A DNA stretch of 64,000 nt from Alphaproteobacteria bacterium (lineage in GTDB: Bacteria; Pseudomonadota; Alphaproteobacteria; UBA828). The position numbers and the translations under genes were made by a program. Positions 38,315 through 47,734 of the stretch are shown piece after piece (the first letter of the stretch is position 1; each line of letters starts with the position of its first letter). Where the stretch lies: assembly GCA_965214705.1 (NCBI GenBank), contig OZ243972.1, forward strand, positions 4,064,001-4,128,000, in the 5' to 3' direction. A model generated the notes under the pieces. The model saw only the letters and a program-made list of their open reading frames with translations. It did not search any database and was not told the DNA's origin.

Positions 38315-39349
38315 CCAGGAGCGCAACGCCAGCCGGCATACTGTCGGCAGCTACACCGACAGCTTCGTGCTGTTGAGCCGCTTCGCGGCAGATCGGCTCG
38401 GCATCCGCCCCAGCGCGATCACGATCGAGCACCTCTCGAGCGAGCTGGTTCTCGACTTCCTCGATCATCTGGAGAGAGACCGGGGGAACACGGTCCCCAC
38501 GCGGAACGTGCGCCTTGCCGCGATCAAGTCGTTCTTCCGATACCTCGAGTACCGTTTACCGGCCTGTCTCGATGTGGCTCAACAGATCAGCGCCATCCCG
38601 ATGAAGCGTCATGACCAAACGGTCATCGACTGCCTCGACCACGATGAAGTGCAGGCATTGCTTGACGCACCGGACCCCAAAACCGCAGCTGGTTTGCGCG
38701 ATCGGGCAATGCTGCACCTGGCCTACTGCGCCGGGCTTCGGGTCTCGGAACTGGTCGGGGTCATGGTCGGCGACCTCGGGCATCCGCACGCCGATACGGT
38801 GCGGGTGACGGGGAAGGGTCGAAGGAAGCGCACGCTCCCGCTGTGGAAGGAAACCAGTGCGGTTCTCCGCGACTGGCTTGCCATCCGGCCAGCCGTGGAG
38901 GACGACCACGTCTTCCTCAATGCCAGGTGCGCCCCGATAAGCCGCCATGGGTTCGCCCATCGCTTGGCGCTGCACGCCGCGACCGCTCGCAAGACGATGC
39001 CGTCATTGGCGAGCAAGCGGATCACGCCGCACGTGTTGAGGCACGCGTGTGGCCTCCATACCTACGAGGTCACAAGGGACATTCGAAAGGTGTCTCTCTG
39101 GCTGGGGCACGCCAGCATCCGCAGTACGGAGATATACCTGCGTAGCGATCCCATCGGGAAGCTTGAGATCCTTGCTCGAGGAGTTCCTCCCTCGATCAGA
39201 AAGGGCGCCTTTACGGACGCGCCTGATCGTCTGATGGCCATTCTGCACGACGCACGCGCCGCGTAGAAATGTTGAGCGAATCCGGTCCTGCGGCTTGTTC
39301 CTGCAGGACCGGAGCGGCTCAGCTGCCCATAAAAACTCTCTCGACATAA

Positions 39350-39406
39350 CTGATAGACGCGGGCTTCGTTCTCGCTCACCCGCCGGAACCTGATGTCGCT
39401 GCTCAT
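39350..39406 (-). pseudogene. N-terminal fragment of the split 75-aa gene
   Basis: MSSDIRFRRVSENEARVYQ with GGAGA RBS, abutting the RIT3 end. Confidence 0.75.
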
Positions 39407-39483
39407 GCTCTTCTCCCCGTAGCGTGATGCCGGCGCGGAGAGGACTCTCTCTCCTCTCCATGCGGCTCGCCCCATGGCTACCC

Positions 39484-40500
39484 TCACCCGGGCTCCCGGC
39501 TTGCGAGCGCGGCCGCCGTCCAGGCGGCAAGCGCGGCGGGGCCGAACGCGAGGAGATCGTCATTAAAATCTTCACCCTTGGGCGAGATGACCGTGGCGGC
39601 GACGCCCGCCCGCGCGCAGCGCCGGGCGAGGCGGAGAGCCGCGCGTTCCCCTTCCGCGTCATTGTCACGTGCGATGACGATGCGGGCGACGCCGGGCGGA
39701 GGCGCGAAGGCGCCGAGGCTGCCGGCCGACAGAGCGGCGGCGGCGGTGATCTCGGGTGAGGCGGTCACCAAGGAGAGCACGGTCTCTATGCCCTCGCCGA
39801 CGAGGAGCGAAGCTCCGTCGGCGGGGTCGCCGAAGCGGACGGCATGGCCGTGCACGCGGCCCAGCGCCTTGCGCGGGCGCGAGACGCTGGCCTTGGCGGG
39901 ACGCTGGTGATCGAGCCACGTACGCAGCACGCCGCAGACGGCATTGGGATCGGGGCGTTCCCCCGGACCGGGGAGCTCCCCCGCGCCGCTGGTAACGGCG
40001 GCGACCAGCGCGGGCAGGCGGCGCACGCCGCCGCCATCCCTGTAGAGCAACGCGGGGTGGTAGCGCAGCGCGGGGAAGCGGCAGCGCGCGAGCCCGCGAG
40101 CGTGGAGGTACGCTTCCGCATGGGTGCCGTCGATGGCGCGGCAACGCCGCCACAGGCGCCGCGCCGCCTCGGTGGCGTCGTAGGCGTTGCCCGAGCCCGC
40201 AGCCGGCGCAGCCGACCGGGCGAGGAAGGCGCGGGCTTCGTCGAGCGCCGCGCGGAGCGTCGGCGCGCAGATGCGGTGGCGGATGATGTCGAGCAGATCG
40301 CCATGCTCGCCTGTTGCTGCATCGGTGAATTTCCCCGGCGCACCCGGAGGCGCGAGACGGACGTAGCGGGATCGGCCGCGCCCGCCGTCGAGATCGCCTG
40401 CGACCCAATAGCGACCCCGGCGCCGCCCGTAGGGCAGGTATCGTCGGCAGACCTCCTCGGTGCGCTCGGCGAGCGCGGCGGCGACGGCGGCCGCGTTCAT
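39484..40500 (-). CDS. Toprim-domain primase-like plasmid backbone protein
   Basis: VCRRYLP...TDAATGEHGDLLDII...AEAYLHARG...GEGIETVLS...ARDND. Confidence 0.85.
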   Translation of the reverse strand: MNAAAVAAALAERTEEVCRRYLPYGRRRGRYWVAGDLDGGRGRSRYVRLAPPGAPGKFTDAATGEHGDLLDIIRHRICAPTLRAALDEARAFLARSAAPAAGSGNAYDATEAARRLWRRCRAIDGTHAEAYLHARGLARCRFPALRYHPALLYRDGGGVRRLPALVAAVTSGAGELPGPGERPDPNAVCGVLRTWLDHQRPAKASVSRPRKALGRVHGHAVRFGDPADGASLLVGEGIETVLSLVTASPEITAAAALSAGSLGAFAPPPGVARIVIARDNDAEGERAALRLARRCARAGVAATVISPKGEDFNDDLLAFGPAALAAWTAAALASREPG

Positions 40501-40783
40501 GGCGCACACTTCGGGATCGAACGGGAACCGGCGAAGCCGGGACCGTGAGCGGAGATGGAGATCATGGGAACCTCGCTGGCCGCTGATGGGACGTATCCCG
40601 GTCCCGGCATCGCTCGGGCTCTTGTCGGCGCCGGAACGGCGGACGGCGCGCGAAGCGGAGCCGCGCCGTCCGGCCCGTGAGAAACTCGAAACAGGCTGCA
40701 TAAAAATGGCCGGACCCGCGCGGGAGGGACGCGGGTCCGGCCAAGGCCAGCGGGAGGGAGAAGCCCGCTGCGGGGAGGTCCCC

Positions 40784-41239
40784 TTAGAAGGGTATATCGC
40801 CTGCCCCTGCGGGATCGGCGGAGCCGCTCTCGGCGGCCGGGGTAGCCTCATCGTCGGACGCCTGGGCGCCGTTGCCGTTGGTGCCGGCGGGGCGATCCAG
40901 GAATTGCACGCGTCCGCCGGGGACGAGCAGGATCTCGGTGGAGAACCGGTCGCTGTCCTCGCCGTCCTTGCGCCACTTCCTGGTCTGCAGCTTGCCCGCG
41001 ACGTAGACCAACCGGCCCTTCTTCGCGTGCTTTTCCAGCATGTCGATCAGCCCGCTCTGGAAGCTGACGACCCTGTGCCACTCGGTCCGATCCACCCGCT
41101 CGCCGCTCTGGCGATCCAGATAGGATTCGTCGGTCGCCACCGACATATTGGCGACGCGCCCGCCGGAGGCGAGGTTGCTGATGGTCGCATCGGCGCCCAG
41201 CCGGCCGATGATCTGAGCCTGGTTCAGTCCGAATGCCAT
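40784..41239 (-). CDS. ssb: Single-stranded DNA-binding protein
   Basis: NQAQIIGRLGAD, TEWHRVV, KGRLVYVAGKLQTRKW, acidic tail DIPF. Confidence 0.95.
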   Translation of the reverse strand: MAFGLNQAQIIGRLGADATISNLASGGRVANMSVATDESYLDRQSGERVDRTEWHRVVSFQSGLIDMLEKHAKKGRLVYVAGKLQTRKWRKDGEDSDRFSTEILLVPGGRVQFLDRPAGTNGNGAQASDDEATPAAESGSADPAGAGDIPF

Positions 41240-41483
41240 GATCGTGTCTCCTTGCGATTCGAGTTGATGACGAAGGTTGACGAGCGGGTCGGAGCCTCTC
41301 CTCGGCCCCGCCCTGCTCACCTTCTCCAAGCTTCACTCCTCCTCTCGTCTGCCGCCTGCTCCGAGGCCCGCCGGGTTCACGAGGGCTCGCGTACCGCACG
41401 GCCGGTGACTGCCGTGGTGCCGATTGGAGATCGCGGATGTCGGGAGCACGATCATCTTCGGAACGCCCGCGGCGGGTCTGCGC

Positions 41484-42290
41484 TCATGAGGGCGACAGCG
41501 CCATCAGTGGCACGTTGGAGCGGATCTCCACCTGGTCGGGACGCAGGCGGGCGAAGGCGATGCAGGCGGCGGCCTCGGATTCGGTCTCGAAGACTCCCAG
41601 CTCGTCGCCCGTCTCCAATTCGACCACGGAAATCTGAGGCGGCCAGAGTGCCGCCAGGTGACGCTCGGGCGCGCGGAAATTGGAACGATATGCGCAGCGC
41701 GGACAGCGCGCCGCGCCCCCGGTGCGGACTCCACAATCCACACACTCACCTCTTGCGCGTCGCCTGACGTAGCGCTTCTTGCTGGCGACGCTCTTTCGCT
41801 CGGGAGAGACGCGCTCCATCTGCAGCGCGAGGCACCGGCCGCAGCGCGACAGGCCCTCGACCGTGGGCTGGGTGCAGCGCACACAGCGGCCGGCGGCGCG
41901 CCGCACGTCATAGCGCCGGCGGTCGAGTGCGCGGCGTGCCTCGCGGCATGGCTCGCAGACGGAGCGGTTGTCCTCCGGCCGGCGGCGCCCGCAGGATGTA
42001 CACTGCCCTGCCTCCTTCCACGCCCTCCGCCGCCGCCTGTCGCCGGCGCGGTCGGCGCGCCGGCACCGCTCCGGATCGCGGCCGCCATATTGCTTGCCCT
42101 CGGCGCGGGCCTTCGCACGGCGGGCACGGTCGGCGGCGCGGCGTTTCTCGGCGCAGCCGGTACATACTTTGCGACCAGGCTCGGGAGGAAGCCGGCCACA
42201 GCGGGTGCACAAGCCGCTCGCAATCCGGGCGGCATGGCGCCGTCGCAGGCGGGTGCTGGCCCGCTCCTTTGCGGAGACCTGGTCGGGCAT
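41484..42290 (-). CDS. Arg-rich protein with four CxxC...CxxC zinc-finger repeats
   Basis: GLCTRC...CTGC, GQCTSC...CEPC, GRCVRC...CGRC, GECVDC...CPRC, plus an acidic C-terminal domain. Confidence 0.75.
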   Translation of the reverse strand: MPDQVSAKERASTRLRRRHAARIASGLCTRCGRLPPEPGRKVCTGCAEKRRAADRARRAKARAEGKQYGGRDPERCRRADRAGDRRRRRAWKEAGQCTSCGRRRPEDNRSVCEPCREARRALDRRRYDVRRAAGRCVRCTQPTVEGLSRCGRCLALQMERVSPERKSVASKKRYVRRRARGECVDCGVRTGGAARCPRCAYRSNFRAPERHLAALWPPQISVVELETGDELGVFETESEAAACIAFARLRPDQVEIRSNVPLMALSPS

Positions 42291-42305
42291 GACCGGCGCC
42301 CCCGC

Positions 42306-42632
42306 TCAGCGCGCGTGGCGCATGGCGCTCAACCCGCTCGCGGCAATCCCCCAGATCTGCACGCCCGACGCCTTCAGATCGAGCGCGGTGCAGATGATGA
42401 TCTCGTCGCGCTCGGGGCGCATCTTCCTGACGGCGCCGGCGCTCACGATCGTGCGGCGTGGCCTGCGTCCGCCCTTCCTTGCCTTCGGCTGCCCGGCCTC
42501 GACCGGGTGGATCTGCCCGTCGGGCCGGGAGCGGTACTTCTCTATCACGTAGCGCTCCCCGTCGAGCCCCCGCCCGAAGACGTGGACCAGGAACGTGTGC
42601 GCGTTGCGATGCGACGGCCGGCGAATCTGCAT
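42306..42632 (-). CDS. Hypothetical protein (108 aa)
   Basis: GGGAGG RBS, GC3-rich codons, first gene of the leftward run that continues to ssb and Toprim. Confidence 0.6.
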   Translation of the reverse strand: MQIRRPSHRNAHTFLVHVFGRGLDGERYVIEKYRSRPDGQIHPVEAGQPKARKGGRRPRRTIVSAGAVRKMRPERDEIIICTALDLKASGVQIWGIAASGLSAMRHAR

Positions 42633-43041
42633 GGCCTGCCTCCCCTTCGTCTCGGTGTGGTCCTGAATTTGGTATTACTGGGGTGCGTCAGGTAGTGGAG
42701 TGGCTCGTTTTCTCTCCTGCATATGTTTTACATTACAGGTGATTGGGTCGTTTCGCAAGAGGATTGTGGCGGCTTCTATCTGATATAAAATTTTACGTCG
42801 CGAACCGATCAGTTGCAATCTGGGAAGTGAAGGCATATGTCAGTGATTGCGAGTCTGTCTGTACGGAGAAACACACGATGGATATTCGGGTTTGAAGAGG
42901 GGGTAAGGCGGTGGGTTCTCATGACGTACGCGGATGGGCAAGTCGTAACTGTTTTATATGGTATTATGTAGGTGGTTTCGGCACGAACGCGGGGCCTTCG
43001 AGGTTGGTCACGCAGTATTGCACCGTCCCCGGGGTGCCCTC

Positions 43042-43315
43042 ATGAGCCGCCGGCCGGCCGAGCGCCGCACGCAGCACGCGGTGATGGCCACGGCGAGCGA
43101 TTGGGTGCGAATCCGCGAACCCGCGGCCGACGCAGGCAAGGATCTCTCGCGCTACGTCGTGCACAGGGCGAGCGCGCCGGACCCGCTGCCGGATAGCGTT
43201 CTGCGCCGCACGGTGCGCGAGCTTCCGCTGCTCGCCAGGATCGAGCAACAGCGCATGGCCGACATGGGGCTGGAGGAGCGCTGGAACGCGCTTGGCGATG
43301 CCGTCGATGCCTGGG
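43042..43315 (+). pseudogene. Truncated paralogue of the RHH gene at 60978-61361
   Basis: Aligns from MSRRPAERRTQHAVMATASDW to GDAVDAW, then diverges; upstream non-coding region is also homologous. Confidence 0.75.
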
Positions 43316-43496
43316 AGGATGCCCTCTCGCGGCCGAGCGCACGATCGCCTCTCGTATACGCCCTTCGGAGCAAGGGATCGGTGAGCCGTCCCACGCGCTG
43401 GGCAGCTCTCGGTGCCATCGCGCCTGCTTGCGATCATTGACGAAGCCGCATTGCGGGAGGGGGTATCCCGCTCCGGACTCATCGCCTGCGCGGCAC

Positions 43497-43682
43497 TCAG
43501 TTTCGTGGAACGGCGGGCGAGGGAGCGATAGAAGCGCGTGCGTTCGCCGGAGCGGGGTTGTCCGGCGGCCCGCTTCGGACCTCCCGCCACAGACGGAGGG
43601 CCAGGTTGAACTCGCCATCGACGAGCGCGACCGCGGCGCGCAGGGAAACGGACGCATGGCAGCGGTGGAGTGCGCAGGCCCT
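43497..43682 (-). pseudogene. C-terminal fragment of a Zn-ribbon/helical gene split by IS110 and ISAs1
   Basis: RACALHRCHASVSLRAAVALVDGEFNLALRLWREV; joins in frame via 45278-45294 to 51745-51901. Confidence 0.72.
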
Positions 43683-43739
43683 TTTATGAGGCTCTCGAAG
43701 TCAAGGTGCCGAGCCGGCTTCTTTATTGCATGCTATTCC

Positions 43740-44018
43740 CTCCCTCTCGTGGTCGATCGGATCGGCGCCTTGTCTTGCCAGGTCGAAACGCTTCTCTCAT
43801 CGGTCGCGCGTCTATGCGCATACCCACCTTTTATCCGGGCGGCTGCCGGCAAGGGTGTGCCGGAGCCGTCCCCCAATCCCGCTTGCTGCGGGCGCAGCGT
43901 TCCGGGGGCGGGGCCCTTCTGTCCGCCGGCGTATTTCAGCCCGGCCTTCGCTCGGCCACTCGCCACCCGGCCCAGCCCCGGCCGCGTCCGGCCGGGCTGG
44001 AACAGTGCGGTCTCGGTG
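43740..44018 (-). ncRNA. Candidate bridge RNA/seekRNA of the IS110 element (limits approximate)
   Basis: Contains GCGGACAG (43919-43926), matching the target flank plus core, and AUAAAAG (43828-43834), matching the donor end plus core; GCCGGC stems at 43925-43930 / 43845-43850. Confidence 0.65.
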
Positions 44019-45206
44019 TCAGGCGAGCTTGGCGCCCGTCGGCACGAGACCGGTCTCGGAGAACCGCCAGAGCGCGATGAGCAGCTTGCGGGCGAGCGCC
44101 ACGATCATCACTCGGCGAATGCGGCCCCGAGCTCCGGCGGTGCGTTCCTCGAACCACTTGCTGAGCACGCTGTCGGGTTGATGGCGCAACCAGCGCCACG
44201 CCATTTGGATGAGGAGGGCACGGATCCAGGCCGGACCGTCGCGGCCGATCCCCTGATCGCGTTGCACGTCCCCGCTTGCCCATGGGGTCGGCGTCAACCC
44301 GACCCAGCTCGCAAGCTCACGGCGGTTGTGGAAGTCGCGGTAGAAGATCTCGTGCTCAAGCAGCGTCGCGTCGTTCGCGCCGATCCCCTTCAGTTGGGTC
44401 AACGTCGCGATCTTGGCCGCCGCCTGCTCCTGGCTTCCATCGGGCGCGACCGGTGCCGGGACAGCCTCGCCTTGGCTGACAATCGCATCTCGCTCCACCT
44501 CGACTTCCGCGATCTGCCGCCGCACGAGCGACAACCGCTCCACAAGCCGAAGGATCTCCTGGCGAGCTCGCGGCGGAAACGGCGATCCATACGCGGTCAC
44601 CGTGTCCGCGAACGTCTCCTCGAACCCTTTGGCGCGGGGGTCCAGGTCGAAGATGCCGTGCAGCTTCAGCAGCCCCTTGATCGAGTTGGTCAGCGAGGTC
44701 CGCTCCTTCACCAGGCGCCGGCGCTCGCGAAGCAGCCGCTTGCGATCCTCCTCCTCGACGCTCGGAACCCGCACACGGCTCAGCACTGCGGCGTCACCCC
44801 GGTCATGGGCGAGAAGGGCGCGCACCATCTTCTTCGCATCGATCCGATCCGTCTTGCGCTGCTTCGCCTTCCGGTTCACCAACAGGCTCGCCGGATCGAG
44901 CACCACCGTCTCGATGGACATCTCCCGCTCCAGCCAGCGCTCCAGCCAGAAGCCCTCGTAGCCCGCCTCGTAGCAGCACAGGACGCGCACCTCTCGGTCG
45001 AGAGCCCGTTCAGCCTTGGCCCGCTGATTCTCGATCAGATCCCTGAGGCCTTCCGTGTCCGCCGGCCCGAGCGAGTGCAGGCCGATCTTTTCGCTGGTCG
45101 GGCTCTTGACCCCAACCACCCAGCTCTTCTGACTAACCTCAATCGCCACGTACAGCGTGTCATGCTCCGCCTCGGCCGGCGCAGCGGTCTCGTTCAATGA
45201 GGACAT
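44019..45206 (-). CDS. IS110-family recombinase/transposase
   Basis: YVAIEVS, CYEAG, KTDRIDA, GLTPTPWASG, IVALARKL. Confidence 0.93.
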   Translation of the reverse strand: MSSLNETAAPAEAEHDTLYVAIEVSQKSWVVGVKSPTSEKIGLHSLGPADTEGLRDLIENQRAKAERALDREVRVLCCYEAGYEGFWLERWLEREMSIETVVLDPASLLVNRKAKQRKTDRIDAKKMVRALLAHDRGDAAVLSRVRVPSVEEEDRKRLLRERRRLVKERTSLTNSIKGLLKLHGIFDLDPRAKGFEETFADTVTAYGSPFPPRARQEILRLVERLSLVRRQIAEVEVERDAIVSQGEAVPAPVAPDGSQEQAAAKIATLTQLKGIGANDATLLEHEIFYRDFHNRRELASWVGLTPTPWASGDVQRDQGIGRDGPAWIRALLIQMAWRWLRHQPDSVLSKWFEERTAGARGRIRRVMIVALARKLLIALWRFSETGLVPTGAKLA

Positions 45207-45780
45207 ATCGTGTCTCCTTATGAGGATTGGTCAGAACGGCACCGTAGCGCCGGTCACCGAGTCGCCTCATAGGATCTGTCCGCAAGGGCGCGCGCCCGGT
45301 CGCCCACGGCAAATTCGTTCTGATTTTCGCCGCTGGCTGACGGCACTCAATCATGCTGTTGGTGACCGTCTAGACCCGCGCGTATTCGCTCATTTAGGGC
45401 GCGTGATTTTGGTGGCGATGTAGTTGACGGGTTTTTTGTCCGCACTGATTTGAGCGCTTGTTGCTGTTGGGCCTGTGGGGAAGTGGTCAGGCGCGGAGCG
45501 GCTGTCCACTTGTCCACAGGCCTTCGGCCGGTCGTGTGGAAGCTGGGCCAGGCGACCTGCCGATTTTGAGGTCCGGCGGGCTTGCCGTCGGCAGCGTTGC
45601 GCACCTGACATCGAGATCGCCGGGGGTAGACTCGGGCCGCTGAGAACGATGCGGCGCCGGCCCCGTTTGCCTGATCGCAACAGCCGACGCCGCACCCCCG
45701 AGCCATGCCAGACACGGCCCAGATGCACAGTATTGTGCTGGATTCTGCGGGGGTCGAGCCCGTTCTCATCGACCGCCGCG

Positions 45781-46227
45781 ATGAGGAACTTCGGCCGCAT
45801 CTTCAACTGCCCGCAGTGTCATCGGCAGGTTGTTCTCTGCCCCCGCTGCGACCGCGGCAATCACTACTGCTCCAGGGAGTGCAGCGAGAGCGCGCGCCGA
45901 GAGTCGCAGCGTCTCGCCGGGCGGCGCTACCAGGACGGGCGCCCGGGGCGCCGCAAGCACGCGGAGCGCCAGAGACGCTATCGGGACCGGCAGCGCTGCA
46001 GGGCGCTTCAGGATGAGGGCTGCGGGCGGAAAGTGACGCATCACCCTTCGACGCGCGCGCACCGCCGTGTTGTCGTGCCACGGACGCCAGGGACGCGCCG
46101 CGGAACACGCCCCTTCGGGGACGAGGAGCCCGCCGGGGGCTTCCGCTGCAGCATCTGCGGCCGCTTCTGCGCGGTGTTCGTTCATCCGGGCCTGCGCACG
46201 GTGCGCCACCCGGCACGAGAGGGGTGA
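45781..46227 (+). CDS. Cys/Arg-rich zinc-finger protein inside IS21
   Basis: CPQC...CPRCDRGNHYCSREC...HAERQRRYR...CSICGRFC; stops 1 bp before istA. Confidence 0.75.
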   Translation: MRNFGRIFNCPQCHRQVVLCPRCDRGNHYCSRECSESARRESQRLAGRRYQDGRPGRRKHAERQRRYRDRQRCRALQDEGCGRKVTHHPSTRAHRRVVVPRTPGTRRGTRPFGDEEPAGGFRCSICGRFCAVFVHPGLRTVRHPAREG

Positions 46228-46228
46228 G

Positions 46229-47734
46229 ATGACCACAGACAAGGAGACGAGAGCGGAGATCCTGCGGCTGTATCACGCCGAGAAGTGGAAGATCGGCACG
46301 ATCGCGCGTCAGCTCGGCGTCCATCACGGCACCGTGCGGCGCGCGATCAGGGACGCCGAGGAGCCTCGGCAGCACAAGCCGCGGCCCTCGAAGCTCGATC
46401 CCTTCATCCCCTTCATCCGCCAGACACTGAAGAAATACCCGACGCTGCCGGCCAGCCGGCTCTACGAGATGGTGTGCGGGCGCGGCTACCGGGGGAGCCA
46501 GAGCCACTTCCGTCGTGTGATCGCCTCCCTGCGGCCGAAGCCTGAAGCCGAGGCCTATCTGCGGCTGAAGACCCTTCCCGGCGAGCAGGCCCAGGTCGAT
46601 TGGGCCCACTTCGGCAAGGTCAGGATCGGGCGCGCGGAGCGCCCGTTGATGGGCTTCGTGATGGTGCTCAGCTACTCGCGCCGCATCTTCCTGCGCTTCT
46701 ACCTGGGCGCAGGGATGAACAACTTCCTGCGCGGCCATATCGACGCCTTCGAGGCCTGGCAGGGGGTGCCGCGCGAGATCTGGTGCGACAACCTGAAGAG
46801 CGTCGTGCTCGAGCGCCGCGGGAGCGCTGTCCACTTCAATCCCCGGTACCTCGACTTCGCCGCCCACTACCGCGTGCTGGCACGGCCTGTCGCGATCGCG
46901 CGCGGCAACGAAAAAGGGCGCGTCGAGCGGGCCATACGCTATGTACGCGCCAGCTTCTTCGCCGCCCGGGAGTGGCGCGACATCGACGACCTCAACGCCC
47001 AGGCCGAGGCCTGGTGCGAGGGCATCGCCGCCGACCGCCCCTGGCCCGAGGATCGCTCCATCACCGTGCGCGAGGCCTTCGAGAAGGAACGCAGCTCTCT
47101 CATGGCCTTGCCCGGCGACCGCTTCCCCGTCGACGAACGGGTCGAGGTCGTCATCGGCAAGACGCCTTACGCCCGGTTCGATCTCAACGACTACAGCGTC
47201 CCCCACACCCATGCGCGGCACACCCTTGTCGTGATCGCGACGCTGGACGAGGTCCGCATCCTCGACGGCACGGACGTCATTGCCACCCATCCGCGCAGCT
47301 TCGACAAGGGCGCCTGCATCGAGATCCCCGAGCACATCGCCGAGTTGGCCAAGAAAAAGCGTCACGCCCGGCGCCTTCGCGGGCAGGATCGTCTGATCAA
47401 GGCTGCGCCGAACAGCGAGCGCCTGCTCGACGAGGCCGCCAAACGCGGCGGCCATCTCGGCTCCATCGTCGCCGCCCTCTTGCGCCTCCTCGACGAGTAT
47501 GGCGCCGCCGAGCTCGAGGCCGGCATCGACGAGGCGCTCAAGCGCGGCGTCCCCCATCCCAACGCCGTGCGCCTGAGCCTGACGAGGCGCCGCGAACAGC
47601 AGGACAAGCCGCCGCCCATCCCGGTCGATCTGCCCGACGATCCGAAGGTCCGCGACATCGCCGTCCGCGACCACGACCTGACGGATTACGACGGGCTGGC
47701 GGGCGAGGGCGAGGAGGAGGACAGCGAAGAATGA
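46229..47734 (+). CDS. istA: IS21 transposase IstA
   Basis: SKLDPF, PGEQAQVDW, LSYSRR, CDNLKS, NEKGRVERAIRY, YSVP. Confidence 0.94.
   Translation: MTTDKETRAEILRLYHAEKWKIGTIARQLGVHHGTVRRAIRDAEEPRQHKPRPSKLDPFIPFIRQTLKKYPTLPASRLYEMVCGRGYRGSQSHFRRVIASLRPKPEAEAYLRLKTLPGEQAQVDWAHFGKVRIGRAERPLMGFVMVLSYSRRIFLRFYLGAGMNNFLRGHIDAFEAWQGVPREIWCDNLKSVVLERRGSAVHFNPRYLDFAAHYRVLARPVAIARGNEKGRVERAIRYVRASFFAAREWRDIDDLNAQAEAWCEGIAADRPWPEDRSITVREAFEKERSSLMALPGDRFPVDERVEVVIGKTPYARFDLNDYSVPHTHARHTLVVIATLDEVRILDGTDVIATHPRSFDKGACIEIPEHIAELAKKKRHARRLRGQDRLIKAAPNSERLLDEAAKRGGHLGSIVAALLRLLDEYGAAELEAGIDEALKRGVPHPNAVRLSLTRRREQQDKPPPIPVDLPDDPKVRDIAVRDHDLTDYDGLAGEGEEEDSEE

Larger units (their letters stand above)
36101..39266 (+). 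pseudogene. RIT3 tyrosine recombinase C interrupted by IS1634
   Basis: MTELAPHISMFLRHHMPQ (36101-36154) continues as ERNASRHTV... at 38319 once the IS and one CCAG are removed. Confidence 0.9.
30863..39349 (+). mobile_element. RIT element 3 (contains IS91-like element 2 and IS1634 copy 2)
   Basis: Palindrome 30863-30882; perfect inverted repeats 33499-33580 / 39268-39349; three tyrosine recombinases. Confidence 0.88.
43683..45277 (-). mobile_element. IS110-family element, IS1111-type layout
   Basis: CT core at 43681-43682 and 45276-45277; sub-terminal IR TATGAGGC/GCCTCATA; long non-coding end downstream of the recombinase; removal restores an ORF. Confidence 0.88.

Noticed and set aside
45803-47674. 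623-aa minus ORF, and the 641-aa + ORF starting at 46600
   Set aside because: The first is a shadow of istA; the second is istB over-extended upstream of its ATG at 47731.
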